Shown: positions 10,437 through 20,435 of the stretch, one piece after another
How the letters are laid out: every line of letters starts with the position of its first letter
How positions within the stretch are numbered: position 1 is the stretch's first letter
Assembly: GCA_963825135.1 (NCBI GenBank)
Contig: CAWGRW010000009.1
Span: forward strand, 448,001-512,000
DNA length: 64,000 nucleotides
Direction: 5' to 3'
Source: an uncultured bacterium
GTDB lineage: Bacteria > Desulfobacterota_D > UBA1144 > Nemesobacterales > UBA2774
The notes under the pieces: generated by a model
Database searches by the model: none
What the model was told of the DNA's origin: nothing
The model's input: only the letters and a program-made list of their open reading frames with translations
Position numbers and translations under genes: made by a program

Positions 10437-11747
10437 TCAGCGCCTGTCGGTCGCGCCGGACTGACGAATCCTCATCAGGAATTTAAGCTGCACAACGTCC
10501 TTCGGAAGGAAGATGTCCAGGAGCCAGTCTATCGCCACGCGTATCTTCCTGTCCCACCCGGGCAGCTTCCCGAGATAGATACATCGCCAGAGCATCCACG
10601 CGAAGAACCCCGAGAACTTGAGCCCCTGAATCTCCGCGACAGCCGACCTGCGGCCGAGCGGGGCGAGCATGCCCTGGGTTTTGTATATGAAAGGCCTTTT
10701 ATCCGCTTCTTTCCCGTTTATCGCAGCGGCAATGTTGTACGCCGTACGCTTGCCCTCGCGGGTCGCGTGCTGAGCTGTGGGCGGATAAGGTTTCCCGGTG
10801 TGCGGGTCTGGGATTACCGCGCAGTCTCCCAACGCCCAGACCCCGGGGAACCCAGGGACTTCCATATAATCGTTTACCTCGATCCTGCCTTTCTTGTCGG
10901 CGCAAGGCAGAGAGGCGATAACGGGCTGGGGGGAAGTGCCGGCGGCCCAAATGGGGGTATGCGTTTCGACCTTTTCTCCGTCGGCCGTCTCGACGGAGTC
11001 CTGAGTGACTTTCGATATCCTGGTGTTGAGACGGAATTCCATGCCCCGTTTCTTGAGCAGCGCCGTCCCGTATTCCGCGAGCCCCTCGCTCATTTCGTGC
11101 ATTATCCTGTCCCCCGGATCGATGACCACGACCTTGACCTCGTCGGATTTTACGTTCTTGTAGAACCTCCGGCTCGCGCCCACGTAATCGTTGAGCTCCG
11201 CGGCGACCTCTATGCCGGTGTAGCCCCCTCCCACCACCACGAACGTCAGGAGCCTCCTCCTGAAGTCGTGGTCCTCCTCGAGGTCCGCCATCTCGAACAT
11301 GTCTATCACATGACTCCTGAGCTCCATCGCGTCGGTGAGGTTCTTGAGCGGGAACGCATACTCCTCGGCCCCTTCGACCCCGTGGAACCCCGTTATAGAC
11401 CCCATGGCGATTACAAGGTAGTCGTATCCGAGAGTGAATATTTCCTGAGTGTCCTGGCGGTAACACGTGACGGTCTTTTTGTCGAGGTCGATAGAGTCCG
11501 CTATGAGCTCTTTGAACCTCGCTTTGTTCACGCATTCTCTGAGCGGTATGACGATATTTTTTGCTTCGATGCTGCTCGAAACGACCTCGGCCAGCATTGA
11601 GGTAAAAACAAGGTAGTTGTTCTCGTTGACGAGCGTTATCTCGACGTCGTCCCGCTGCTTAAAAATTTTTTCGAGGTTCTGAGCGACTTCAAGTCCCGCG
11701 AAGCCGCCGCCCAGAATAACAATGCGCTTGGAAACGGTATCGGTCAT
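10437..11747 (-). CDS. ndh: Type II NADH:quinone oxidoreductase (NDH-2) family
   Basis: ILGGGFAG, VVGGGYTGIEVAAE, WAAG, ALGDCA, PPTAQHA, AWMLWR. Confidence 0.85.
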   Translation of the reverse strand: MTDTVSKRIVILGGGFAGLEVAQNLEKIFKQRDDVEITLVNENNYLVFTSMLAEVVSSSIEAKNIVIPLRECVNKARFKELIADSIDLDKKTVTCYRQDTQEIFTLGYDYLVIAMGSITGFHGVEGAEEYAFPLKNLTDAMELRSHVIDMFEMADLEEDHDFRRRLLTFVVVGGGYTGIEVAAELNDYVGASRRFYKNVKSDEVKVVVIDPGDRIMHEMSEGLAEYGTALLKKRGMEFRLNTRISKVTQDSVETADGEKVETHTPIWAAGTSPQPVIASLPCADKKGRIEVNDYMEVPGFPGVWALGDCAVIPDPHTGKPYPPTAQHATREGKRTAYNIAAAINGKEADKRPFIYKTQGMLAPLGRRSAVAEIQGLKFSGFFAWMLWRCIYLGKLPGWDRKIRVAIDWLLDIFLPKDVVQLKFLMRIRQSGATDRR

Positions 11748-11968
11748 ACGGATCGGTCCTCCTCATCGTATTTTAGGGTATATAGGCCCGGAAACAAGCT
11801 TATTCCCGAGCCCCGCGTGAATTGTATGAATCATTCTCGCATGAAAGAAGACGGCGTGTCAATAAACCCTGGAGACCGTTTCTTTAATCCGGGCAGGAGA
11901 ATCAGCCCATTTAACGCGCCCGCATCCGTCCGAACTCTTCCTGACGCCGGAAGAAAGCCGGATTCGGT

Positions 11969-13522
11969 TTAGTTCGATTTTTGCTTATCGCTCCCGCTTT
12001 CCACCCGGACCGCCGCATAGATAGTATTTTCGCCTCTCTTCACGAGGAAAAGCATGGTGCTTCCGGGTTTCCCCTGAGAAACCGCGGCCGTATAGTCTTT
12101 AAGATCTGTTAAGTGATTCTTGTCGATCTCCAGAATTACATCGCCCGGCCTTAACCCGGCGTCATCCGCGGGGCTCCCGTTGGCGACGTCCGCGATGATT
12201 ACACCCTTATCCACGGCGAGGTTGAACCTCTTGACCATTTGAGGGGTGAGTTCCTTTACGCTGAGACCGAGCCGTTCTTCCGCTTGTTCTTCCTCGCCCT
12301 CATCGGGGACCTGATCGTCCGGGAACTCGGCGAGCTTTATCGTTAAGTCCCTGGGCTTGCCGTCATGTAACAGCGTCAACGTCACATCGTTTCCGGGCTG
12401 CGCGACGGCCGCCATGGTAGTCAGGTCAGTCACCTCGTTGACCTTCTTGCCGTCGAATTCGACGATGACGTCGCCCCTCTTAATCCCCGCTTTCTCGGCG
12501 GGGCTGCCGGGAGTGACGTCGCTGACCACTACCCCCTCGTCTTCTTTAAGGTTCAGGCCGGAGGCGATTTCGGGGGTGAGCTTCTGGACGAAGACACCCA
12601 GCCATCCGCGGACCACTTTACCGCCCTCTTTAAGCTGGTCGATAACGAACTCAGCCATCTTTATCGGTATCGCAAACCCTATCCCCTGCCCCTGCGCGAT
12701 AATAGCCGTGTTCACTCCCACGACCTCCCCGTTTAAATTAAAGAGCGGCCCGCCGCTGTTTCCGGGATTGAGCGACGCGTCGGTCTGTATAAAATCATCG
12801 TATGCGCCCAGACCGAGCGAGCGGCCCTTCGCGCTCACAATGCCCGCCGTAACCGTATAGCCAAGCCCGAACGGGTTCCCGATGGCGATGACCCAGTCGC
12901 CTATCCTGAGGTTATCCGAATTCCCGAAGCTCACGGCCTGGAGCTTGCCCTCGGGCTCGAATTTTACAACCGCGATATCGGTTTTCGGGTCCTTTCCTAC
13001 AACTTTAGCCTCGTATTTATCGCCGTTTTCCAGTATCACGCTTATATCCACCGCTCTTTCAACGACATGATAGTTAGTAACCACATATCCGTCCTCGCTG
13101 ATTATAAACCCCGAGCCCAACCCCTGTCGCTTGAATTCCTGCTGCGGCGTGCCTTCGAAAAATTTCTTGAAGAATTCCTCGAACGGGTCGTTCTGGCCGT
13201 AAGGAGAGCCCTGCCGGTTCCCCTCAAAGCCCCTCGGTTTCACCACGCTCGTGGTGCTGATATTGACGACCGACGGCTTAAGCTTCTCCACAAGGTCGGC
13301 AAACGAGGGGAATTCGTGAGTCCTTATATCCCGCACTATCCCTTTGTCCGCGGCCGCTTCTGTCCGTTCTGTTTCTTTTTGGGGCGGGGCGGCCTTTTCG
13401 GATTGTTCTTGCTTGACCGGGCTTTTTTTCGCGGGCCCGGACTCTTCAGCCCTTTCACAACCTATATTAATGACTGCAATCAATAGTGGAATAATAAAAA
13501 GAAATGCGAATGACCGCTTCAT
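11969..13522 (-). CDS. degP: DegP/DegQ (Do) serine endoprotease with two PDZ domains
   Basis: TNYHVV, TDIAV, QTDASLNPGNSGGPL triad motifs, two PDZ; ATG 13522 after AGGAGG. Confidence 0.92.
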   Translation of the reverse strand: MKRSFAFLFIIPLLIAVINIGCERAEESGPAKKSPVKQEQSEKAAPPQKETERTEAAADKGIVRDIRTHEFPSFADLVEKLKPSVVNISTTSVVKPRGFEGNRQGSPYGQNDPFEEFFKKFFEGTPQQEFKRQGLGSGFIISEDGYVVTNYHVVERAVDISVILENGDKYEAKVVGKDPKTDIAVVKFEPEGKLQAVSFGNSDNLRIGDWVIAIGNPFGLGYTVTAGIVSAKGRSLGLGAYDDFIQTDASLNPGNSGGPLFNLNGEVVGVNTAIIAQGQGIGFAIPIKMAEFVIDQLKEGGKVVRGWLGVFVQKLTPEIASGLNLKEDEGVVVSDVTPGSPAEKAGIKRGDVIVEFDGKKVNEVTDLTTMAAVAQPGNDVTLTLLHDGKPRDLTIKLAEFPDDQVPDEGEEEQAEERLGLSVKELTPQMVKRFNLAVDKGVIIADVANGSPADDAGLRPGDVILEIDKNHLTDLKDYTAAVSQGKPGSTMLFLVKRGENTIYAAVRVESGSDKQKSN

Positions 13523-13713
13523 AAACGCCTCCTGATATCTCTTTACGGATAGAGATAATATAGCCAGCAAATGCCCGTTCGCAAGAAAAAATTCGACCTT
13601 TCTTTATTAATATGAATTGAAATCCGATACGGCGGGGGTTTTGCGAAAGCCAGGAAAATCTTCCTGCACTCCGGGCGGCTGCGATATTAATTCCAATGTC
13701 CGTAATGTTTTAT

Positions 13714-13741
13714 GAAACCGGATCGACATGAGCCCCGTATA
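13714..13741 (+). promoter_or_regulatory. Putative ECF-sigma promoter
   Basis: GAAACC-N16-CGTATA upstream of the first ECF sigma; same spacing and -10 as the motif at 16267. Confidence 0.45.
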
Positions 13742-13841
13742 TAAAGGGTATGACCGGAGAGAGGCCGGGTGAAGATATAAATCTCACGGGGAACGATACA
13801 GTGCTCTAACCGGGCGCACGCGACGTAATAAGGATTATCAA

Positions 13842-14582
13842 ATGAAAGCAAAGGAAAGGATGAGGCGCCAAAATGCTGAAGCTCCGGGGCCTGGAGAACC
13901 GGATGCCTTCCGGGGTCGATTGAACGCCTCTCGGGTTCCGGGGGGTGATACGGAAGAGCGGCGTACGGACGGACGGGTCCCCCCCGACTACGATTCCTGC
14001 GAGGACGAGGGGCTCGTGAAGCTCTATGCGGAAAGAAGATACGCCGAGGCCTTTAACAGGATCGTATCAAGGTATAGCGATATCGTATTGGGATTCGCTT
14101 TAAAATTGACGAGGGACGTCCACGACGCGGAAGAAGTTCGGCAGGAGGTATTCATATCGCTTTTCGAAAACATGGAAGGCTTCAGGGGGAATTCCAGGTT
14201 CTCGACCTGGCTCTACAGGATAACCCTCAACGCGTGCTATATGAAGCTCAGACAAAAAAGAAGAAAGACCGAATCGGAGCTTTTGATAGACTCCCGTAAC
14301 ATCGGTCCGGATGCTGAAGCGTCGAATCTCATATCGAACAGGAGCCCCGACGAGCTCACTTCGTACAGGGAGGGGATGGAGCTCATCAGCGAGGCCGCCG
14401 GGGAGCTGCCCGAGAGTGCCAGGATGGTGTTCGATATGAGGGATATAAAGGGGCTGACCAACTCAGAGGTGGGGAAGATTCTCGGCATATCCGAATCCGC
14501 CGTCAAATCACGGATACTCAGGACGAGAATATTCATACGAAAGAGAATCACGGCCCGCATTCGGGAGAGGGAGATTCGATGA
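13842..14582 (+). CDS. ECF RNA polymerase sigma factor (RpoE-like; start uncertain)
   Basis: DAEEVRQEVF, SRFSTWLYRI region 2; region 4 EVGKILGISESAVKSRILR. Confidence 0.88.
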   Translation: MKAKERMRRQNAEAPGPGEPDAFRGRLNASRVPGGDTEERRTDGRVPPDYDSCEDEGLVKLYAERRYAEAFNRIVSRYSDIVLGFALKLTRDVHDAEEVRQEVFISLFENMEGFRGNSRFSTWLYRITLNACYMKLRQKRRKTESELLIDSRNIGPDAEASNLISNRSPDELTSYREGMELISEAAGELPESARMVFDMRDIKGLTNSEVGKILGISESAVKSRILRTRIFIRKRITARIREREIR

Positions 14583-14778
14583 GCCCGGGGCATCGGGGGA
14601 CGCGCCCGCGAGCAATATCATGCAGCGGCACGAAGGCTCCGCAAGTCAGGGCAATACGGCGGCTGTTAGAGTACATACGGACCGACGATGCGAGCGGAGG
14701 CGTATACGGTTTGAATACAACAAATTATCTATGAGGGCCGGCGCACACGAGATATGAACCACGGGATCAAACCATCGA

Positions 14779-14806
14779 TTGACAATACAACCGAATTAAA
14801 TACAAT
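14779..14806 (+). promoter_or_regulatory. sigma70-type promoter of the second ECF gene
   Basis: TTGACA-N16-TACAAT; favours the start at ATG 14835. Confidence 0.45.
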
Positions 14807-14834
14807 GGTTCGAAAGTCCGGAACCGCGTCAAAC

Positions 14835-15407
14835 ATGGATAAAAGTTCGGTCCGAAGTGCTGACCAGTCATTGATGGAACGTATAAAAGAAGGGGATAAA
14901 TCCGCTTTCAGAGATCTCTATTCCAGATTTTCCCAGGTCGTCTTTAACCTAGCGTACCGTATGCTCAGGAGCAGGGAAGAGGCCGAAGAGGTAGTTCAGG
15001 AAATATTTCTGCAGGTATGGAACAAGGCGGACTCGTACGACTCCGAAAGGGCGGCCGTATCGACCTGGGTGATCAACATAGCAAGGAGCAGATCGATAGA
15101 CAAGCTGAGGACGCTCGGTTTCAAAGAGCAAACCACGGAATTAATTGAAGACAGAGTGAACTCTAAATCCGATTTTACTCGTATAGTAGAGGACAGGGAG
15201 GAGAGTAAAAAGATAATCCGGCAGGCCCTGGAAAGCCTCCCTGATAACCAGAGGCTCGCGATAGAGATGGTTTTCTTCGAAGGGCTAACGCACATGGAAG
15301 CGGCGGAGAGGCTGAACGAGCCCGTGGGGACGATCAAAACGCGTATCAGGCTCGGGGTATCGAAGCTGAAAGAACAGATTTCACCCTATTTCGGGGATTT
15401 GATTTAA
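14835..15407 (+). CDS. ECF sigma factor (SigK-like)
   Basis: AEEVVQEIFLQVW, TWVINIARSRSID, PVGTIKTRIRLG; abuts an RskA-type anti-sigma. Confidence 0.9.
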   Translation: MDKSSVRSADQSLMERIKEGDKSAFRDLYSRFSQVVFNLAYRMLRSREEAEEVVQEIFLQVWNKADSYDSERAAVSTWVINIARSRSIDKLRTLGFKEQTTELIEDRVNSKSDFTRIVEDREESKKIIRQALESLPDNQRLAIEMVFFEGLTHMEAAERLNEPVGTIKTRIRLGVSKLKEQISPYFGDLI

Positions 15408-16181
15408 ATGACACATAAAGCGGAATACGAAGATCAAATAGCGTTATACTCACTCGGCCTCCTCGAGGGTCAGGAGTTAAGAGAGCTCGAAGAGCACCTC
15501 CGGGAAGGCTGTGACATATGCGGAGCCATTCTTAAGGACAGCGATTCGGTTTTTACGAGCCTGCCTTTTTGCCTCGAAGACGAGCCCCTTTCGAAAGACG
15601 TCGAAAAGAAGATATTCGACCGCCTTCAAGACAGGGAGCCGCTTCAGGAGAAACATTCTGTCTTTGATTTCTGGAAGAACCTGAGCCCCGTGTGGCTCAA
15701 TCTCGGGTCGGCCGTCTCTCTCGCAATCATAATCTTCCTCGTAGTCACGAACATATCCCTCAGGCGCGATCTCGAACTCCGGGAAAAGAGCATGAGCGAG
15801 ATGCAGGCGAAACTCTTGAATGACCGGAAAATCATGGAGTTAGCCTTGAAACCCGACGTAAACGAGGTGGACCTCGGGAGCAAGATGCCGGATCTCAAGG
15901 CATCGGGAAGGCTCTACTGGGACAAGGAAACGGATAAAGGCTTGTTTCTCGTATCCAGCATCCCCGTCCCCGAACAAGGCAAGACCTATCAGCTCTGGGC
16001 GATCGAGGGCGGGAAACCAGTCAGCATGGGCGTATTCGACGTGGACAAAGACGGGAAAGGGATGATGGAAATCAAACTCATGCCCGAGCCCGGAGGGCCC
16101 ATGCAGTTCGCCGTTACGCTCGAGCCCGCGGGCGGTATGCCCCAGCCCACGGGCGACATGTACCTCTACGGAACGCTCTAG
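15408..16181 (+). CDS. Anti-sigma factor, RskA family, with N-terminal zinc-binding motif
   Basis: LYSLGLL...HLREGCDIC, one TM, YQLWAI, FAVTLEPAGGMPQPTG. Confidence 0.88.
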   Translation: MTHKAEYEDQIALYSLGLLEGQELRELEEHLREGCDICGAILKDSDSVFTSLPFCLEDEPLSKDVEKKIFDRLQDREPLQEKHSVFDFWKNLSPVWLNLGSAVSLAIIIFLVVTNISLRRDLELREKSMSEMQAKLLNDRKIMELALKPDVNEVDLGSKMPDLKASGRLYWDKETDKGLFLVSSIPVPEQGKTYQLWAIEGGKPVSMGVFDVDKDGKGMMEIKLMPEPGGPMQFAVTLEPAGGMPQPTGDMYLYGTL

Positions 16182-16266
16182 AGCCGCAAACGAAACCGGC
16201 CTGCCCGCCCCTCCGAAACAGGGTACACGGGCATTTTGTAAATTCCCGCATACTCAAGAAAAAAAA

Positions 16267-16294
16267 GGATCCATGCACTTGAATCGAGCGTATA
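16267..16294 (+). promoter_or_regulatory. Putative SigK-like ECF promoter of the DUF547 operon
   Basis: GGATCC-N16-CGTATA ending about 50 nt upstream of the DUF547 ATG. Confidence 0.5.
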
Positions 16295-16345
16295 TTGGAT
16301 AGATAATCCGGGAGGCGCAATTGGTAAAACGGGACGGGCTTTAGA

Positions 16346-17113
16346 ATGAATTACATCTCCGGTCTGCTTACGGTTTTCGTCTTACTGTCTTTCGTTTTCA
16401 TTCGCGGGGCGTCGGGGGAGACGTTTGACCGCTCGCACAAACTCTACGGTGAAGTTTTGTCCCTCTACGTGAAGGACGGCCTTGTCGATTACATTGGGCT
16501 CAAATCGAATCCCGGAGATCTCGAGGCATATCTCGAATCGACCGCGCAGGTAACCGGGCGGGAATTCGAGGGCTCGACCCGCGAAGAGCAGCTCGCATTT
16601 CTCATCGACCTCTACAACGCCCGGACGCTCCAGCTGGTAGTCGATAATTACCCCGTAAAAAGTATACGGGATATAGGGAGCGGCGCGAAAGGGCCGTGGG
16701 ACATAGACTTTATTCCCCTGTTCGGCGAAAAGATCTCGCTGAACACGCTTGAGAACGGCATAATAAGAAAAAAATACGGCGAGCCCCGAGTGCACTTCGT
16801 CCTCGTCTGCGCGGCAATGGGATGCCCTCCCCTCCTGAGCGAGCCTTACGTCGCGGACAAACTGGACAAACAGCTCGAAACACAGACCAAAAAATTTCTC
16901 GACGACCCGCGGAGGAACTCCGTCGACAGGGGGAATAAAATTTTACGGCTCTCCCCGATATTCAAATGGTATAAGGCGGACTTCGAGACGAAGTCGGGAT
17001 CGGTACAGGATTTCCTGAAATCACATTACACGGACGTCCCGCCCGGGGAGTACAGGATTGTATATGCAGAATACGACTGGTCGCTGAACGATAAATCCGC
17101 TAAAGTGAAATAA
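16346..17113 (+). CDS. DUF547 domain exported protein
   Basis: Signal peptide, GLVDY, LAFLIDLYNA, EPRVHFVLVCAAMGCPPL, LSPIFKWY, YDWSLND. Confidence 0.9.
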   Translation: MNYISGLLTVFVLLSFVFIRGASGETFDRSHKLYGEVLSLYVKDGLVDYIGLKSNPGDLEAYLESTAQVTGREFEGSTREEQLAFLIDLYNARTLQLVVDNYPVKSIRDIGSGAKGPWDIDFIPLFGEKISLNTLENGIIRKKYGEPRVHFVLVCAAMGCPPLLSEPYVADKLDKQLETQTKKFLDDPRRNSVDRGNKILRLSPIFKWYKADFETKSGSVQDFLKSHYTDVPPGEYRIVYAEYDWSLNDKSAKVK

Positions 17114-17183
17114 TAGTTAGCTGGTCAAAATAAAATAACACCGAAGATAAACGCGACGCATATACCCGGATCAAGGAGATGAG

Positions 17184-19563
17184 ATGTTCGGAATAATAAA
17201 AAGATATACGAGGTGGCTTCATACGCAGTGGCCCGCCGGGATCGTGGAGAAGCTCCCGGAAGTAAAAGAGGACTACTCGACCAACGTGCCGGGATTATAC
17301 ATCGTTGGAGACCTCACCGGAATACCGCTCCTGAAATTCTCCTCCGATTCCGGCGCAAGGGCCGTGATGAATATACTCCGGGACGAGGGGTTCCTGAAAA
17401 GCCGCGAAACCATCAAGGACGGGATACTCGACCTCGTTATAGTCGGGGCCGGAGTCTCGGGAATGGCGGCGGCGCTGGAGGCGAAAAAGAACGGGCTCAG
17501 GTTCGAGATACTCGAAGCCACGGAGCCCTTTTCCACCATTATCAACTTCCCGAAGGGAAAACACATCTACACGTACCCGACCGACATGGTCCCCGCGGGA
17601 GACCTGCAGTTCACGAAGGAAATCAAAGAGCCGCTGATCGACGAAATAAAGGGAGAGACCCTCGACAAAGGCATCACACCCAGGATTCAAAGGGTCGAGA
17701 AGGTCGTCAGCAGGGACGGGCTCGTCGAAGTCGTGGTCCCGGACGCCGGGAGCATTAGAGCGCTCCGGGCAATAGTGGGCATAGGCCGCTCAGGCAATTT
17801 CAGGATGCTCGGAGTACCCGGAGAGAACAAGGACAAGGTCTTCAACAGACTCCACGACCCGAAGGACTTCGAGGGCAGGAACGTGCTCGTCGTCGGCGGA
17901 GGCGACAGCGCTCTCGAGACGTCAATAGCCATTGCGAAGGCGGGGGGGAACGTCACGCACTCCTACAGGAACGAGGAGTTCTCTCGCCCCAAACCCGAGA
18001 ACATCGAGTACATAAAGATGCTCATGGCGGACCCGATGGCGGACGTCTCCGTCGAAACGCCGACCTCCGAGCGCGTAACGACGAGCACGGGAGGCTTCAT
18101 GCCCGGAGAGCACAAGCCCGGGAAGTTGAGCCTCATGATGAAGAGCCGCGTAAAGAGCATCGGCGACACAGATGTGACACTCGCAGCCGGTGACGGTAAA
18201 GAGGTCACAATCCCCAACGATTCGGTATTTACCATGATAGGGCGCGAAGCCCCGCTCGATTTCTTCAGGCGGAGCGGCGTAAAAATCAAAGGCGAGCTGG
18301 GGTCGAAGGGACTGTCGCTGATGATACTCTTCCTTCTCTTCTGCGCATTCGTTTACAACTGGAAAGCGGGCGGCTCCCTGACCATGCTCTTCGAGAAGGG
18401 CGGATGGTTCCCGTTCAACATACCGGCCCTCCTGAGCGGCCTCGGCGGGACTATCGCGGCCTCGGCAAAAGACCCCTCCACGTTTATCGGAACCATGGCG
18501 ATTACGCTCGAAGAGCCCGGTTTTTACTATTCTCTCGCGTACTCCACGCTCATAGTAGTTTTCGGCATCCTGCGCATAAGGAGGAGGAAGACGCCCTATA
18601 TCGCGGCGCAGACGGCTTCGCTCGCCCTAGTCCAGCTCATACCTCTATTCCTGCTGCCCTACATCCTCCTCCCTTATCTCGGGCACAACGGCCTTTTCGA
18701 CACGGGGTTCATGAAGACAGTAGGGGACGCCCTCTTTCCCGTGGCCAATTACGGGCAAGGCCGGGAATACTGGAGGGCTTTCGGTTTCATCCTCGCGTGG
18801 CCCCTTTTCATATGGAACGTTTTCAGCTACCAGCCCCTCTGGACGTGGCTCGTCATCAGTCTCATACAGACGTTCGTAATAATCCCTCTCATCATCTACT
18901 TCTGGGGCAAGGGGGCATACTGCGGCTGGCTATGCTCCTGCGGCGCGATGGCCGAGACGCTCGGCGATACCCAGCGGCACAAGATGCCCCACGGGGCGAA
19001 ATGGAACAGGCTCAACATGGCGGGGCAGGTCATACTCGCCCTCGCATTCATCATCCTCTTTGCGCGCCTCCTCAGCTGGGCGGTCCCGAACACCTGGTTC
19101 GGACAGTCGGTGGGTAAGTTCTACGAGAACGCGCTCTACGGATGGCATCCGTTCGGGGTCCAGCTCAACTACAGGTGGGTAGTCGACCTCTTCCTCGCGG
19201 GGATCGTGGGGTATGGACTTTATTTCTGGTACAGCGGAAGGGTATGGTGCAGGTTCATGTGCCCTCTCGCCGCGCTCATGCACATATACTCCAGGTTCAG
19301 CCGGTTCAGAATCCTAGCCGACAAGAAGAAGTGCATATCGTGCAACGTATGCACCTCGGTCTGCCACCAGGGGATAGACATAATGAACTTTGCGAACAAG
19401 GGCCTCCCGATGAGCGACCCCGAGTGCGTGAGGTGCAGCGCGTGCGTCCAGTCATGCCCGACAGGGCGTGCTCACGTTCGGGCAGATAGACCGCAAAAGC
19501 GGAAGGGTAATCAAGGTCGATTCCCTCGCCGCCTCCCCGGTCCTGATGAGGGAGAGGAAATGA
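17184..19563 (+). CDS. TrxR/FNR-like FAD/NAD(P)H oxidoreductase fused to a NapH/CcoG-like membrane polyferredoxin (+1 frameshift at about 19465)
   Basis: GAGVSG, GGGDSALE, several TM helices, CGWLCSC, CRFMCP, two CxxCxxCxxxC; removing one G of GGG 19464-19466 gives CPTGVLTFGQID...MRERK with stop at 19563. Confidence 0.85.
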
Positions 19564-19727
19564 GCTTGGTATAAAAGCCCGGCCCCGTCTCACGCTACAG
19601 CGGCTCAGAACGAAAATACTCCGGAAAATATGAGACGCTTATACGGCAGAGGCGGAAGAATCCCCGGTCACTTTCACTCGCCGCGGCGGGACGGGTACTA
19701 TGTAGTTAACCGCGCGCGGATAACTCT

Positions 19728-20423
19728 ATGACGCCAAAAATCCTCGTTATAATCCCGGCATTGAATGAAGAGAGCTCGATCGGAAAGGTTATAGCCGATA
19801 TTCCGCGGGACCTCGTGAGCGAGGTCGTCGTTACGGATAACGGCTCTGCCGACGGGACCGCGAAGACCGCCGCCCGGGCGGGCGCCACGGTGCTCAGGGA
19901 ACAGAGGCGCGGGTACGGCTACGCCTGCATGAAGGGTATGGATTACGCACTCTCGAAACCGGCGGGAGAACAACCGGATATTATCGTGTTCCTCGACGGG
20001 GATTACTCGGACTACCCCGGGGAGATGCGCTCTCTCGTAAAACCGATCATCGAAGACGGGTTCGATATGGTCATCGGCTCGCGGACACGAGGCGCACGCG
20101 AGAGAGGGGCGCTCCTCCCCCAGGCGCTATTCGGAAACGCGCTCGCGACGACGCTCATGAAACGGCTCTACGGGGTGGAGTTCACCGACCTCGGCCCCTT
20201 CCGCGCAATCAGATTTGATAAATTGATGACTCTCGGAATGTCGGACATGACCTACGGATGGACGGTGGAGATGCAGATAAAGGCGGCGAAAAAAGGGCTC
20301 AGGTGCGGGGAGGTGCCCGTGAGCTACAGGAAGCGCATAGGCGTCTCGAAGGTGACGGGGACTCTCGGGGGCACTGTCAGGGCGGGCTATAAAATACTGT
20401 GGACGATATTTAAAAATATATGA
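19728..20423 (+). CDS. Glycosyltransferase family 2 (DPM-synthase-like)
   Basis: IIPALNEE, DNGSADGT, GYGYAC, FLDGDYSD, DLGPFRAIR, YGWTVEMQ. Confidence 0.92.
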   Translation: MTPKILVIIPALNEESSIGKVIADIPRDLVSEVVVTDNGSADGTAKTAARAGATVLREQRRGYGYACMKGMDYALSKPAGEQPDIIVFLDGDYSDYPGEMRSLVKPIIEDGFDMVIGSRTRGARERGALLPQALFGNALATTLMKRLYGVEFTDLGPFRAIRFDKLMTLGMSDMTYGWTVEMQIKAAKKGLRCGEVPVSYRKRIGVSKVTGTLGGTVRAGYKILWTIFKNI

Positions 20424-20435
20424 GGCCTAATACCG

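Noticed and set aside
14590..14750. Intergenic region between the ECF genes as a MITE-like repeat
   Set aside because: No terminal inverted repeats or second copy found in the window
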